The notes under the pieces are model-generated. The model did not search any database, had not been told where the DNA came from, and saw only the letters and a program-made list of their open reading frames with translations. The position numbers and the translations under genes were made by a program. A stretch of 64,000 bases of DNA from sequence record ON528738. One strand, given 5' to 3'. This document shows positions 8,750 through 19,456 of the stretch, one piece after another (position 1 is the first letter of the stretch; the number at the start of each line of letters is the position of its first letter). The DNA is from Shigella phage ESh28.

Positions 8750-10807
8750 ATGGAACTTATTACAGAATTATTTGACGGCGCTTCGGCGCCGGTTGTTAAC
8801 TTAAATCCTAAGCATAAAATACCACAAATTTTTGCTATTCAAGCCGGTGAAGAAAGCGTTCTTCCTGGATTTAGATTTTGTACATACACCTCTGGCGGTG
8901 ATACGAATAAAAACGTTAAGCCAGGCGACAAAATGATGCATATCGTAATGATAGGTGTTAATGAAAAATTATCATTAGTTAAGCTTAAAAACTTGGGTGG
9001 AAATCCAATTGGCGTCATTAATGCTGTTTTTGATACTGCTCTTCAAACAATGAAACAGTATAAAATTGATGCATGCCTATTCCGCGTACTAAAAAGTAAA
9101 ACAAATGGCGCTGCTCGTCAAATGCAAGTTATTGCTGACCGTTTAGTACGTACTAAAGGAGCAGGTCGATATGTTCTTTTAAAGGAAATCTGGGACTATG
9201 ATAAGAAATATGCATATATTATGGTTTACCGTAAAAATGCCAATTTAGAAGACATTCCAGGTGTACCTCCTATTTCAACTGAGTTATTCACAAAAGTTGA
9301 ATCGAAAGTCGGTGATGTTTATGTAGATGTTAAAACAGGTAATGCTGTTCCTAAAGCTGTTGCTGTTGCTGCTTCTATTGCTTTAGAAAATGATAAGCGC
9401 ACGGACCAAGCTGTTATTCAGAAAACTAAAATTAGTCGTCGATTAGCAGCACAAGCTCAATATTCTACTGTTGATGCTTCACTTCAGGGTGATAGCTTCG
9501 CTGCTAAGAAATATCAAGAGTTTGAATCTAAAGTTCCGGTGTATAAAGCAGAAGGACCAATGAACTCTGGCGTTATTCAAATTGGTTCAAACTTCAGCAA
9601 AGGAGCTATAGGCGGTATGAGAAGCGCTTCTCGTTTTAAATCTAGTGATTATGAACTCGAAAGCTTCCGAAATCATATTGCATTAGCCCATGCACGTTTA
9701 CGTGATCCATCTATCAAGTTACAGAGCGATATAACATATCAAGGTTCTCAAGAATATTTAAAGAATAAAGAATTCTTTGATTATAAGACTGATAAAATTT
9801 TAAGCGATCTTGCTGATATTAATATTTCTAATAGCTTTGATGTTATTAAGAAAATTATCAATGATTTGGTTAAAGGTTCTAAAGCTACGCCAGATGAAAA
9901 GACAGCTATTATTCAATTTGTCATGAATGGCATTTATAAATTGATTAATGAATCTGCTGCTCAGGCATATGAATACGCAAGCACTGAAGTAACTCCAAAA
10001 GGATTAACTCAAGCTGAATCTGATGTAATTGAAGATTATTGTGCAGATTCATATGTTGAAATGAACTCGTTCCTTTTGGGTAAACCAGATTCTACCCGTG
10101 AAGAATATATGGAACGAGCTATTAAACATATTGAGACGCTTGATTCTGCATTCGCTAAAGGTTCAGTTCTTCCTCCAGGAACTACACTTTACCGTGGACA
10201 AGAAGTTACCTTTAAAACTTTGCGTCATAACATTGAAAATAAAATGTTCTATTTCAAGAACTTCGTATCGACATCACTTAAACCAAATATATTCGGTGAG
10301 CATGGTAAAAACTATATGGCTCTAGATGATTCCGGCGCAGTATTTTCTGGCGAAGGAGAAGGTTCTGTTGATGCAGAAGATTTGATGCATATGGGTAGTC
10401 ATTCTACATATGCTAATGAAGATGCTGAAACTAGCGTGGGTATGGTAATTAAAGGAGCTGAGCGAATTAAAGTTATCGTTCCGGGTCATTTATCAGGATT
10501 TCCATCAGAAGCTGAAGTTATTCTACCGCGTGGAATTTTACTGAAGATTAATAAAGTAAGTACTTACTTTATGAAAGAAACTGCTTATAACAAGTATCTA
10601 ATCGAAGGTACAATCGTTCCTCCTTCTGAACAATTAGAGGAATCAGTATATGATGGCGACCATCTAATGGAAACTGGTGAAGTTCGTCCAATGACTGGAT
10701 TTAATCAATTCCTTGTCGAAGAATCAAAAGAAGAGGAAAACGAAGTTTCTCAAATCTTAGCTTCTTTGGTTAACATTAACGGAATGTCTAAAAAGTTCAA
10801 AATGTAG
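8750..10807 (+). CDS. Alt-like ADP-ribosyltransferase paralog, copy 2
   Basis: 685 aa; N-terminus MELITELFDG and C-terminal ART core (YRGQ, FVSTSL, EAEVILPRG, YDGDHLMETGEV) conserved with copy 1, central region divergent. Confidence 0.85.
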   Translation: MELITELFDGASAPVVNLNPKHKIPQIFAIQAGEESVLPGFRFCTYTSGGDTNKNVKPGDKMMHIVMIGVNEKLSLVKLKNLGGNPIGVINAVFDTALQTMKQYKIDACLFRVLKSKTNGAARQMQVIADRLVRTKGAGRYVLLKEIWDYDKKYAYIMVYRKNANLEDIPGVPPISTELFTKVESKVGDVYVDVKTGNAVPKAVAVAASIALENDKRTDQAVIQKTKISRRLAAQAQYSTVDASLQGDSFAAKKYQEFESKVPVYKAEGPMNSGVIQIGSNFSKGAIGGMRSASRFKSSDYELESFRNHIALAHARLRDPSIKLQSDITYQGSQEYLKNKEFFDYKTDKILSDLADINISNSFDVIKKIINDLVKGSKATPDEKTAIIQFVMNGIYKLINESAAQAYEYASTEVTPKGLTQAESDVIEDYCADSYVEMNSFLLGKPDSTREEYMERAIKHIETLDSAFAKGSVLPPGTTLYRGQEVTFKTLRHNIENKMFYFKNFVSTSLKPNIFGEHGKNYMALDDSGAVFSGEGEGSVDAEDLMHMGSHSTYANEDAETSVGMVIKGAERIKVIVPGHLSGFPSEAEVILPRGILLKINKVSTYFMKETAYNKYLIEGTIVPPSEQLEESVYDGDHLMETGEVRPMTGFNQFLVEESKEEENEVSQILASLVNINGMSKKFKM

Positions 10808-10836
10808 TTTACAAGTCCCTCATGTTGTGTTATAGT
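10807..10836 (+). promoter_or_regulatory. early-type promoter (-35 GTTTAC, extended -10 TGtTATAGT)
   Basis: GTTTAC 10807-10812, TATAGT 10831-10836. Confidence 0.55.
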
Positions 10837-10867
10837 AGTCTTACTGACATAACATGAGGAACACAAA

Positions 10868-11158
10868 ATGAAATCTTCTTTGCGCTTTTTAGGTCAAGAA
10901 CTCGTCGTTGAAGGCGTTATTCCCGCTGATAACGCTTTCAATGAAGCAGTTTACGATGAATTTATCAAAATTTTTGGAACAGATAAAAAGTTCGGAATTT
11001 TTCCTTCTGAAAATTTTTCAAAGCCAGAACAGACTGAAAGTATTTTTCAGGGTGTAGTAACAGGTAAATTTGAGTCAGAAGCTCCGGTAAAAATTGAGGT
11101 TTATATTGAAGAAACCTCTGTTGCTTCAGTTGCTGCTTTTATTTCATTCCGTAAATAA
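10868..11158 (+). CDS. hypothetical protein
   Basis: 96-aa ATG ORF, SD GAGGA. Confidence 0.5.
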   Translation: MKSSLRFLGQELVVEGVIPADNAFNEAVYDEFIKIFGTDKKFGIFPSENFSKPEQTESIFQGVVTGKFESEAPVKIEVYIEETSVASVAAFISFRK

Positions 11159-11195
11159 AAACATGGGGACCTTTCGGTCCCCATTGTTATATTGC
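11150..11195. terminator. bidirectional terminator (ATGGGGACC-TTTC-GGTCCCCAT with T-rich flanks on both strands)
   Basis: 9-bp stem at 11163-11184 between convergent ORFs (10868..11158 + and gene 54 -). Confidence 0.7.
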
Positions 11196-12152
11196 TCCTA
11201 ATATTTTACTTTGCGAGTTGACAATTCCTGTCATAGTATTAATATTTGAAATGCTTCCTGCAGTTCCCCCTAATCTACTAAGTCGTGAAAGCGAATTAGA
11301 TAGTCCAGTAACACCTCCACTATTTCCGAGAACGCTTTGAATACCATTTATAGTAGCAGATTCAAGCCATTCAAGGGCAGCTTGTCTATCAACTGCTCCA
11401 GCCTGCATGACTCTATAAGCGAAAGTAACATCAAATGTAGTTATTTGGTTATCTCCATCATATGATAACTCAGGAGCACTCACAGATATTGGAATACAGC
11501 CAGTGAACATCACCGCAGTATGTGGTAATCCATTGCGAGAATGAAGATTAACCTGAATATCTGCCTCGACATCTTGTGGTAAAGCACGCAATCCAGTTAC
11601 TGGGTCTTGAACAGCGTTAACCCAGTCTTGCATTGCACGATAGTTACAAGCTTCTGAATCCATTCTAAATGAAATAACCAAAGGGTCTAATTCTCTCCCA
11701 GTTATACGAATATTAGGAGAGTTGTAGTTCCAGTCAGTTTCATAGGATAATCTATTCTCTGGCATTTTTACAGAGTATATCATCAATCCAGATGAGTTAT
11801 ATGCCATGTTAAAGAAGTCAATTAAATATGTACCAACTGTAAATGAGCCTAATAAACTTTGAACTGTACGTTGACTCATGGCACCAATAAGATATTTACT
11901 AACCCCTGATTTTCTTATCAGTTTTTGTGTGCCAGCTGTAATTAGCGTGGTAATTCCCTGATTAATATCACCTTGAGTTAATCCTAGCCAATCTGAACTT
12001 AGGCCCAAGTTATTATAAGAAAAGTTGCTAATTGAACTTATCAACGAAGAGCTTTTAGTTGATGGAGTTGTTGCAAAAACGCAGCTAAACATATTATTAC
12101 GTTGGAAATCTGCGTTTATTGCTTGATTATTAAATTCCTCTAAAGAATACAT
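11187..12152 (-). CDS. 54: baseplate tail tube initiator gp54
   Basis: 321-aa ORF, length and gene order as T4 gene 54; ATG verified. Confidence 0.8.
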   Translation of the reverse strand: MYSLEEFNNQAINADFQRNNMFSCVFATTPSTKSSSLISSISNFSYNNLGLSSDWLGLTQGDINQGITTLITAGTQKLIRKSGVSKYLIGAMSQRTVQSLLGSFTVGTYLIDFFNMAYNSSGLMIYSVKMPENRLSYETDWNYNSPNIRITGRELDPLVISFRMDSEACNYRAMQDWVNAVQDPVTGLRALPQDVEADIQVNLHSRNGLPHTAVMFTGCIPISVSAPELSYDGDNQITTFDVTFAYRVMQAGAVDRQAALEWLESATINGIQSVLGNSGGVTGLSNSLSRLSRLGGTAGSISNINTMTGIVNSQSKILGAI

Positions 12153-13246
12153 TAAAAAGTCCCCGCATATAAAGAAGCACGATTTAACGTGATAATTTCT
12201 CTCATAGTAATCTCAAGAGTAAATGTACTAGGGAGGTTTGGAGCAATAGCTAATCCGTTAAAATTACCATTCGGAGTTTTATCAAATCTAATACTTTGAA
12301 TTTGACACGGTCCAAACACTTCTGTTTTTCCGTCAAATTTAGAAGTTGCGCCAAAGTTTTTAACCATCCAAATTGTCGGGTTTGAAACTACAAGAACGTT
12401 AGTTAAACTCGATGTCATTTTCTCAAATAACGTCTTATTTTTAACTGCATCTTCTGGAGTTAATGGCTCAATAAAAGTAGAGCGATACCACTCATCTAGA
12501 TATCCTTTTATTTCAGCAGCATATTGAGATTTACCCGTTTCACCATAAGAAAAATAGTTAAAATATTGATAGATATTAATAATAGCCATTAAATCTTCTG
12601 TGGAACGTGGAGTCAAATCCCATGTAAACACTTTAGTTCTATTTTCAGCGCCACCATACATACTTCTGGCTGTCGTATAAATCTGTTCATTATTATCAGC
12701 CATTATACCTTGTGTTATACTTTCCAGTGCCCCAAATACTGCAGTTGAAGCAATATTACTTAGCACACCAGTAGCAGTACCTCCGCCTCTACTGATAAGG
12801 CTTTCTTGAACATCGTTAAATCTATGCGATGATGTGTCAACATCAGATTTAGATCTCGGTAAAAGAATATTTGCAACAGGGGCTTTACTTATTGTTCCTG
12901 AATTATTATCTGATATTAATCCATTTGACAGTTTTGATACTGTATTACTGATAGTGTTTCTGGCTGTACGTAAAATACTCGAAGATGAAGAAGAGTAGTT
13001 AGATCTCATCGATCTAAGACTTCCAGAATCCCTAGATGACATATTGTATGCAGTAAATAATAATCCATTCTTATATAGATCTGTTACCTGGAAGTCCCCT
13101 GTAGTGTCATTACCACTAGCACGCCCAGTTGGAAACTGGGCTGTGTATGTTTTAGTTCCTACTTCTGATTTAGTACTCTGTCCGGCTGAAATTTTCTCAC
13201 CGGACTTTTTAATTAAATCAGCAGTTATTTCTTTAACAATTGCCAT
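12152..13246 (-). CDS. 48: baseplate tail tube cap gp48
   Basis: 364 aa equals T4 gp48 length; TAATG coupling to gene 54. Confidence 0.8.
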   Translation of the reverse strand: MAIVKEITADLIKKSGEKISAGQSTKSEVGTKTYTAQFPTGRASGNDTTGDFQVTDLYKNGLLFTAYNMSSRDSGSLRSMRSNYSSSSSSILRTARNTISNTVSKLSNGLISDNNSGTISKAPVANILLPRSKSDVDTSSHRFNDVQESLISRGGGTATGVLSNIASTAVFGALESITQGIMADNNEQIYTTARSMYGGAENRTKVFTWDLTPRSTEDLMAIINIYQYFNYFSYGETGKSQYAAEIKGYLDEWYRSTFIEPLTPEDAVKNKTLFEKMTSSLTNVLVVSNPTIWMVKNFGATSKFDGKTEVFGPCQIQSIRFDKTPNGNFNGLAIAPNLPSTFTLEITMREIITLNRASLYAGTF

Positions 13247-13254
13247 ATTATTCC

Positions 13255-15027
13255 TTAATTAACTCCAGTCGCGCCAAATACACCAGGAGCAGTTGTGCTC
13301 GTTACGGGTGTCATATTATGAACGACAGTATTTTTCTTAATAACATTATTAGTATTATTGATCGAAGGAGATGCTTGTTGAACAGGAGCTTGCTGTGCTT
13401 TGTTCTTTTCTATTACCTGGACTTGTTTTGCTTCTGGCGATTTAGCAGAAGTTTCAGGTTTGGCATTAGGCTGATTTTTCTTGAGCTCTTGATAAGTAGC
13501 ATCAATTTTAGAAAATCTAGCAGCAAGTTCTTTTTTAACTGCCGGTGAATTATTTAAATCCGGGTCATCCATCCGTTTTTTAAGGTCTTCATAGGCAGCT
13601 TCAACTGATTTAACTGTTGAGTCTTTACTCATATCAGCTGAATCAGCATATTTTTCAAAACGAATCATCGCGGCACGGGCTTCATTAGCCTTCATTAAAG
13701 CATTTTTTCTTTCTTCTGGTGAAAGCTGCTTTAATTTTTCTTCTTCTGCTGCGCGTTCTTCATCAGTTGTCAATGCTTCTTTATTATCAACACCACGAAT
13801 CCAGTTAGATGCACGAGTTTTCCAGTTCGCAATTTTGTCTAGTCCTTCTGCTATCGGACCAAGGTCTCCATTCATTCGTTTATCTTGATAATTCGCAACT
13901 TTTTCCTGGTCTTCTTTATTGAGAGATGCTCCAGTAGAATTTTGGAAATTTTCCAGTGCTCTTCCTTCTACTTCGTCAGCAGTATCTTTCATACCAGGAA
14001 TAACTCGAAGAATTGCTGCTGATAATTTAGCCATTCCAAGCTGAATAAGTTCTCCTAAATTATAAAGAACCTTTCCAAGCCCTTCTACAATAGCTACCGT
14101 CAAACCGCCCCAATCTCCCGCTTCCCAGAACTTTTTAATTTCATCAATAGATTCAAAGATGCTCTGTAATAAAGGACCCCAAGTTCCGGTTTCGCTTGAA
14201 AAAGTTTTAAAATCAGTGCTAAACAAATCCCAGGCTTTTGAAAATTTATCTGACCAATATTTAAAATGAACCATCAGTAGGTCTATTCCAATAACAACAG
14301 CCATTATTAATGCAACCATTTTAGCAGCTTCAATAGCAGCACTGACAGTATACTTAAATAGCATGCTTGATATTTTATCAGTAATTGAAATGGATTTCTT
14401 AAATCCAAAATCAACTGTCTTTGTTAATTTATCTAAAGCTTGAGATAATTTTAAGTTAAATGCGTCTTTTTTCTGTTTTTCTTCTGGAGATTCTTGTTTA
14501 GGTTCAACTGGCTGAGGGGTAGGGAAAAAATCAGCATCAGGATCATTATTAACTGCTTCAGGAGCTGGTAATAAAGGACCCACAGATTCAGCTGTATCAT
14601 CCTCAACAACTTTAACAGGAATAGCATTTTCGACTACTGCTAAACTCGTTCCAGTCTGTTGAATTCCAGCTGTCTGAATTTTTTGTTCTAATAAACTCGT
14701 TAATTTATCTAATTTGCTTCCGAGTGATTCACCGATTTCTTTATTAATATTGTTGCCAATTTCAACAGTCTCGGCAATTAACTCAGAACCTGCGGTAGTA
14801 TCACTCACTGCGCTTTCAACGTTATCAATTGCTCCAACTATTTCATTTGATTTTTCTTCAACAGTTTGAGCTATTAATTCAGAGGCAGCTTGAGCATCAT
14901 CCAATTTCGTAGATATATCGTTAAGTCCAGATAAAGTGTTGGAAGCGGATTTAGCCGCTTCCTGTGTTGGTTTATTATCTGAAATAACTTTTCTGCGCAT
15001 CGTTTGCATTTCTTGTGGCTTTTTCAT
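13255..15027 (-). CDS. 29: baseplate hub / tail length determinator gp29
   Basis: 590 aa equals T4 gp29 length; synteny. Confidence 0.8.
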   Translation of the reverse strand: MKKPQEMQTMRRKVISDNKPTQEAAKSASNTLSGLNDISTKLDDAQAASELIAQTVEEKSNEIVGAIDNVESAVSDTTAGSELIAETVEIGNNINKEIGESLGSKLDKLTSLLEQKIQTAGIQQTGTSLAVVENAIPVKVVEDDTAESVGPLLPAPEAVNNDPDADFFPTPQPVEPKQESPEEKQKKDAFNLKLSQALDKLTKTVDFGFKKSISITDKISSMLFKYTVSAAIEAAKMVALIMAVVIGIDLLMVHFKYWSDKFSKAWDLFSTDFKTFSSETGTWGPLLQSIFESIDEIKKFWEAGDWGGLTVAIVEGLGKVLYNLGELIQLGMAKLSAAILRVIPGMKDTADEVEGRALENFQNSTGASLNKEDQEKVANYQDKRMNGDLGPIAEGLDKIANWKTRASNWIRGVDNKEALTTDEERAAEEEKLKQLSPEERKNALMKANEARAAMIRFEKYADSADMSKDSTVKSVEAAYEDLKKRMDDPDLNNSPAVKKELAARFSKIDATYQELKKNQPNAKPETSAKSPEAKQVQVIEKNKAQQAPVQQASPSINNTNNVIKKNTVVHNMTPVTSTTAPGVFGATGVN

Positions 15028-15557
15028 TCAAATAATCCAATAATATTTCCAATTCCAGTTATTGGACCATTAGGGCCAGGAATTGCTAAAGTTGTAAAAA
15101 TATCGTTTGCCCATTTTAAAACGAATGCTGGCATCTCAAGAAAATTAATTTCTTTAACTTCATCGTTGACCTTAAGCAAGCATTTGGATAACATATCGCT
15201 CACCGTTAAAAATTGTTCAAATTTTCCAGGAGGTCTAAAATAAAATGTATTTCCTTGGTATTGAAATTCTAATCTTTGACACACATAAACATCATTAATG
15301 TCATAAGCATAACCATCTATTTCTTTACGAGATTTAATCTTTCCATTAAATTCCAATAAATGAATAGAAACGAAATCAACTTCTGCCGGTGATAAATTCG
15401 GACAAATAGAATCAATAAGAAGTTTTAAATTTTCATCAGGACCTTTAACATCTTTTAAAATGTTATAATGTTTAAGACCCATTTTAGGAATAGAAACTTC
15501 TTTATTGCTTATTGGAAGAACTACTTTCTTCAGTGGTAGTATCAGATTTAAATTCAT
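15024..15557 (-). CDS. 28: baseplate hub distal subunit gp28
   Basis: 177 aa equals T4 gp28; synteny. Confidence 0.8.
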   Translation of the reverse strand: MNLNLILPLKKVVLPISNKEVSIPKMGLKHYNILKDVKGPDENLKLLIDSICPNLSPAEVDFVSIHLLEFNGKIKSRKEIDGYAYDINDVYVCQRLEFQYQGNTFYFRPPGKFEQFLTVSDMLSKCLLKVNDEVKEINFLEMPAFVLKWANDIFTTLAIPGPNGPITGIGNIIGLFE

Positions 15558-16677
15558 TTTTAACCTTAACTGGGTCTATTGTTTCCAGTTTCGTTGCATT
15601 AGTGAACATATATAGATGAGTTATTGAATTATTATTGGATAATTCATGGATAACTTCATCAACGTAAAATTCTGTTTTAAATTGGTTTTTACTATCATTA
15701 AAAATAATTTTAACACCAGGAGTCAAGTTAAAATTACCGACAGTAGAACATTTAGCATAGCCATCATATTGCGCCATAGTTTGAAGACGAATAGCTTCTT
15801 CATATCCATTCCTATAAGTCATTTCAGAATAAGCACCTGACCTTGACACTACAATAGAGTTTTCTCCTTTTCCTGTAGTAATCATTGGCAATGAAGAATC
15901 TAAAAATGAATGCGCGTAGATAGTAGCGTTTTTCATTGGGTCACGTTTGTGAGGATTCGATTTAGTCAACCAAACGAAATCATATGCTAATGGGTATTTT
16001 AATTCTTGGATGAATTGACCTATTAAAGATGGCTCGCCGACAATCATTGGATATGGTTCTTGATTTATCATCATATCATAGTCCATCATGTTAACTCCCA
16101 TGATGTCTTGCCATACAAATACAAATTTGTCGCTTCCTACAGCTAGAGCAACTTCTCTTACATATGACAAATAGTTTTCAAATGTGCTAGTCCATGGAAT
16201 ATCAGGAACATAAGCATTTATAGCATTTATTGCTGGAGTTAATAACGTGCGATCCTGATAAATGACACCAAGCATTTCTTTTATAGATTCACCTGCATCA
16301 GGGAAAAATGGTCTACCAAATTTAAGATTTTCTATAGAATGAATAGTTCCCAATTCAATAGCAATGATGTTATCACCTTTTGAATCTACTGACACGGAAA
16401 AATGCTTACATCCATAAATTCGTGTTTTAACATTATTAATATCGTTTGCATTAGCTACAGAAATTTGAATTATTTCATTTCCATCCATTTTTGTGTGGAT
16501 ATTTTTAGAATCATAAAACTGCAGCATTCCTTCATTTCGTCCATAAAGAGAATCCCGCATAGTTAATGTGGTAATAGTAGCAGCTAATTCAACAAATCTA
16601 TTATTACTCCAAGCGTCGTAGCTATCAAATAATTTAACGCTGAGATTTGGATATCCGGGGCGTTGCAACATACTCAT
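15502..16677 (-). CDS. 27: baseplate hub subunit gp27
   Basis: 391 aa equals T4 gp27; synteny. Confidence 0.85.
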   Translation of the reverse strand: MSMLQRPGYPNLSVKLFDSYDAWSNNRFVELAATITTLTMRDSLYGRNEGMLQFYDSKNIHTKMDGNEIIQISVANANDINNVKTRIYGCKHFSVSVDSKGDNIIAIELGTIHSIENLKFGRPFFPDAGESIKEMLGVIYQDRTLLTPAINAINAYVPDIPWTSTFENYLSYVREVALAVGSDKFVFVWQDIMGVNMMDYDMMINQEPYPMIVGEPSLIGQFIQELKYPLAYDFVWLTKSNPHKRDPMKNATIYAHSFLDSSLPMITTGKGENSIVVSRSGAYSEMTYRNGYEEAIRLQTMAQYDGYAKCSTVGNFNLTPGVKIIFNDSKNQFKTEFYVDEVIHELSNNNSITHLYMFTNATKLETIDPVKVKNEFKSDTTTEESSSSNKQ

Positions 16678-17426
16678 TATTGTTTATCCTTCTCAATCAG
16701 TTTTAATACGAATCCGCGCTCGGCAGGAATCATTTTCATTATTGAATTTAAGCTATAATTACTTTTTACAAGTGTGTGATTAATTTGATAAAAAGTAAAT
16801 ATTTCATCTGGGTTAACTAATAGCTTAAACACATCTACTATATCAGTGTATTTTTTAATGTACTTATTACAGCATGACATATGTAGAGTTAAATTAATAG
16901 GATTCATTGCATCGAGAATTTTTTCTAATGTTTCTATCTCGATGGCATCAACAAGTTCTATTTGACTTGATTCGCTAATTTCCTTCCAATCATACCATAT
17001 TTCATCTACTTGAACAGAATGAATATTTTCAGTAATCATCTTTGCTTTATTTTCATAAAACTCAGAAGGAAACTTTAATTTAATTTTAACATTAGCTACA
17101 TCAAAAACAGGTTCCTTTAATTCTTTTTGATATATTTCAAATGGAACTGTCTTTTCTTTTTTACATTTTGGACATACAAATGTGACCGGTACTTTTGTTT
17201 TACCTATTGACCCTACAAATACCTGCAAAAATATAAATGGCTGCCAAGTCTTCGGATAGTCTCCAAAATAATCGGCAATTAAATCAGCAATTATTTCTTT
17301 TTGTTCTTGTGGTGACCGATGTTCTATATCGTTTCGAACTAACAAAAAATCTCGATAATCTTCTACCGTAAATGGTTTAAAACGATGAACACCATCTGGT
17401 AATTTACAGCGAATAATGTTTGCCAT
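16677..17426 (-). CDS. 51: baseplate hub assembly catalyst gp51
   Basis: 249 aa equals T4 gp51; synteny. Confidence 0.8.
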   Translation of the reverse strand: MANIIRCKLPDGVHRFKPFTVEDYRDFLLVRNDIEHRSPQEQKEIIADLIADYFGDYPKTWQPFIFLQVFVGSIGKTKVPVTFVCPKCKKEKTVPFEIYQKELKEPVFDVANVKIKLKFPSEFYENKAKMITENIHSVQVDEIWYDWKEISESSQIELVDAIEIETLEKILDAMNPINLTLHMSCCNKYIKKYTDIVDVFKLLVNPDEIFTFYQINHTLVKSNYSLNSIMKMIPAERGFVLKLIEKDKQ

Positions 17427-17443
17427 AGATGCTCCTTTTATTC

Positions 17444-17451
17444 TATTTATA
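17444..17451 (-). promoter_or_regulatory. late promoter TATAAATA for gene 51 (minus strand)
   Basis: TATTTATA on plus strand is TATAAATA on minus, 18 nt upstream of gene 51 ATG. Confidence 0.7.
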
Positions 17452-17455
17452 AATA
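17448..17455 (+). promoter_or_regulatory. late promoter TATAAATA for gene 26 (plus strand)
   Basis: exact TATAAATA 22 nt upstream of gene 26 ATG; overlaps the divergent minus-strand late promoter. Confidence 0.7.
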
Positions 17456-17476
17456 TGATAAATAAAGGAGCTAAAT

Positions 17477-18103
17477 ATGTATGAATACAAATTTGATGTG
17501 AGAGTTGGTTCTAAAATAATCAATTGTCGCGCATTCACGCTTAAAGAATATCTAGAACTTATTACTGCCAAAAATAATGGTTCTGTAGAAGTAATTGTTA
17601 AAAAGCTAATCAAAGACTGCACAAATGCAAAAGATTTAAACCGCCAAGAATCAGAACTATTGTTGATTCATTTATGGGCACATTCTCTCGGCGAAGTTAA
17701 TCACGAAAACTCCTGGAAGTGCACCTGTGGAACTGAAATACCGACCCATATAAATCTATTACATACACAAATAGATGCACCAGAAGACCTCTGGTATACA
17801 CTGGGTGACATTAAAATTAAGTTCCATTACCCTAAAATTTTTGATGATAAAAACATAGCCAACATGATAGTATCATGTATAGAAACGATTCATGCTAACG
17901 GTGAAAGCATTCCAATTGAAGACTTAAATGAAAAAGAGTTGGAAGATTTATATTCTATCATCACAGAGTCAGATATTGTAGCTATAAAAGATATGCTTTT
18001 AAAGCCTACTGTTTATTTGGCTGTTCCAATTAAGTGTCCAGAGTGTGGAAAAACTCACGCTCATGTAATAAGAGGACTCAAAGAATTCTTTGAGCTATTG
18101 TAA
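17477..18103 (+). CDS. 26: baseplate hub subunit gp26
   Basis: 208 aa equals T4 gp26; SD AAGGAG. Confidence 0.8.
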   Translation: MYEYKFDVRVGSKIINCRAFTLKEYLELITAKNNGSVEVIVKKLIKDCTNAKDLNRQESELLLIHLWAHSLGEVNHENSWKCTCGTEIPTHINLLHTQIDAPEDLWYTLGDIKIKFHYPKIFDDKNIANMIVSCIETIHANGESIPIEDLNEKELEDLYSIITESDIVAIKDMLLKPTVYLAVPIKCPECGKTHAHVIRGLKEFFELL

Positions 18104-18501
18104 TGGCAAATATTAATAAGCTTTATTCTGACATTGACCCAGAAATGAAAATGGATTGGGACAAAGATGTTTCAAGATCTCTTGGATTAAGGTCAATTAA
18201 AAATAGCCTTTTAGGAATTATTACAACCAGGAAAGGGTCAAGGCCATTTGACCCAGAATTTGGATGTGATTTATCTGATCAGCTTTTTGAGAATATGACT
18301 CCTCTTACTGCTGATACTGTTGAGCGTAACATTGAAAGCGCAGTAAGAAACTACGAGCCACGTATTGATAAATTAGCAGTTAATGTAATACCGGTTTATG
18401 ATGATTATACTCTGATAGTAGAAATACGCTTTTCAGTCATCGATAACCCTGATGATATTGAGCAGATAAAACTACAACTAGCTTCCAGTAACAGAGTATA
18501 A
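18103..18501 (+). CDS. 25: baseplate wedge / sheath initiator gp25
   Basis: 132 aa equals T4 gp25. Confidence 0.85.
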   Translation: MANINKLYSDIDPEMKMDWDKDVSRSLGLRSIKNSLLGIITTRKGSRPFDPEFGCDLSDQLFENMTPLTADTVERNIESAVRNYEPRIDKLAVNVIPVYDDYTLIVEIRFSVIDNPDDIEQIKLQLASSNRV

Positions 18502-18527
18502 TGCTTCACGTATAAACGTGGTATAAT
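18502..18527 (+). promoter_or_regulatory. middle-type promoter for uvsY (MotA box TGCTTCA, 13-nt gap, extended -10 TGgTATAAT)
   Basis: TGCTTCA 18502-18508, TATAAT 18522-18527. Confidence 0.55.
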
Positions 18528-18567
18528 GAATCTAAGTCCATCCAATAACAATTGAATAGAGAACAAT

Positions 18568-18981
18568 ATGAAATTAGAAGATCTTCAAGAAGAATTGAAG
18601 AAAGATGTGTTTATAGATTCGACTAAATTACAGTATGAAGCAGCTAATAATGTGATGTTATATAGTAAATGGCTTAATAAGCATTCAAGTATTAAAAAGG
18701 AAATGCTTAGAATTGAAGCACAGAAAAAAGTTGCTCTTAAAGCTAAATTAGACTACTACTCGGGACGAGGAGATGGTGATGAATTTAGTATGGATCGTTA
18801 CGAGAAATCAGAAATGAAAACAGTTCTATCAGCTGATAAGGATGTTTTAAAGGTTGATACCTCGCTGCAGTATTGGGGGATTTTATTAGATTTCTGTAGT
18901 GGAGCTCTTGATGCTATTAAATCACGTGGATTTGCTATTAAGCATATTCAAGACATGCGAGCATTTGAGGCTGGAAAATAA
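18568..18981 (+). CDS. uvsY: recombination mediator UvsY
   Basis: 137 aa equals T4 UvsY; synteny next to gene 25. Confidence 0.85.
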   Translation: MKLEDLQEELKKDVFIDSTKLQYEAANNVMLYSKWLNKHSSIKKEMLRIEAQKKVALKAKLDYYSGRGDGDEFSMDRYEKSEMKTVLSADKDVLKVDTSLQYWGILLDFCSGALDAIKSRGFAIKHIQDMRAFEAGK

Positions 18982-19205
18982 TGAGATATAGCATTGATGA
19001 TGCTTTTAATTATGAAGAAGAATTTGAAACGGAAATTCAATTCTTAATGAAAAAGCATAATCTTAAGCGTCAGGATATTCGTATCCTGGCCGACCACCCA
19101 TGCGGTGAAGATGTACTTTATATTAAAGGAAAATTTGCCGGATATCTAGATGAATATTTTTATTCTAAAGATATGGGCATTGATATGCATATGAGAGTTA
19201 TATAA
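18981..19205 (+). CDS. hypothetical protein (uvsY.-1-like)
   Basis: 74-aa ORF translationally coupled (ATAATG) to uvsY. Confidence 0.5.
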   Translation: MRYSIDDAFNYEEEFETEIQFLMKKHNLKRQDIRILADHPCGEDVLYIKGKFAGYLDEYFYSKDMGIDMHMRVI

Positions 19206-19208
19206 ATA
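19201..19208 (+). promoter_or_regulatory. late promoter TATAAATA
   Basis: exact TATAAATA 26 nt upstream of ORF 19234. Confidence 0.6.
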
Positions 19209-19233
19209 GATATATAATTTAGAGGAGACAATC

Positions 19234-19401
19234 ATGTCAGATAAGATTTGCGTTGTCTGTAAAACTCCAATCGATTCTGCATTGGTTGTTGAAACAGACA
19301 AAGGTCCTGTACATCCTGGGCCTTGTTATAATTACATTAAAGAACTACCAGTTTCAGAAAGTTCGGAAGAACAATTAAATGAAACACAACTTTTGCTATA
19401 G
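19234..19401 (+). CDS. small Cys-containing protein (uvsY.-2-like), 55 aa
   Basis: ATG with SD GAGGAG; MSDKICVVCKTP...HPGPCYNY; not in supplied track (below length cutoff). Confidence 0.4.
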   Translation: MSDKICVVCKTPIDSALVVETDKGPVHPGPCYNYIKELPVSESSEEQLNETQLLL

Positions 19402-19424
19402 TGTGACCTTTAGTCTATAGTTTT

Positions 19425-19453
19425 GGCCCTTCCTTTTTGGTTGGGCCTTTTTT
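19425..19453 (+). terminator. terminator hairpin GGCCC...GGGCC + TTTTTT
   Basis: GC stem followed by T6 run after ORF 19234..19401. Confidence 0.5.
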
Positions 19454-19456
19454 AAT

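Noticed and set aside
13044-15243. Plus-strand ORFs 13044..13262, 13240..13548 and 15004..15243 antisense to genes 48, 29 and 28
   Set aside because: Embedded antisense in well-supported structural genes with T4-matching lengths; no independent start signals.
15502-15557. 56-nt overlap between gene 28 start and gene 27 end
   Set aside because: Both proteins have exactly the T4 lengths, so the overlap is a conserved arrangement rather than an anomaly.
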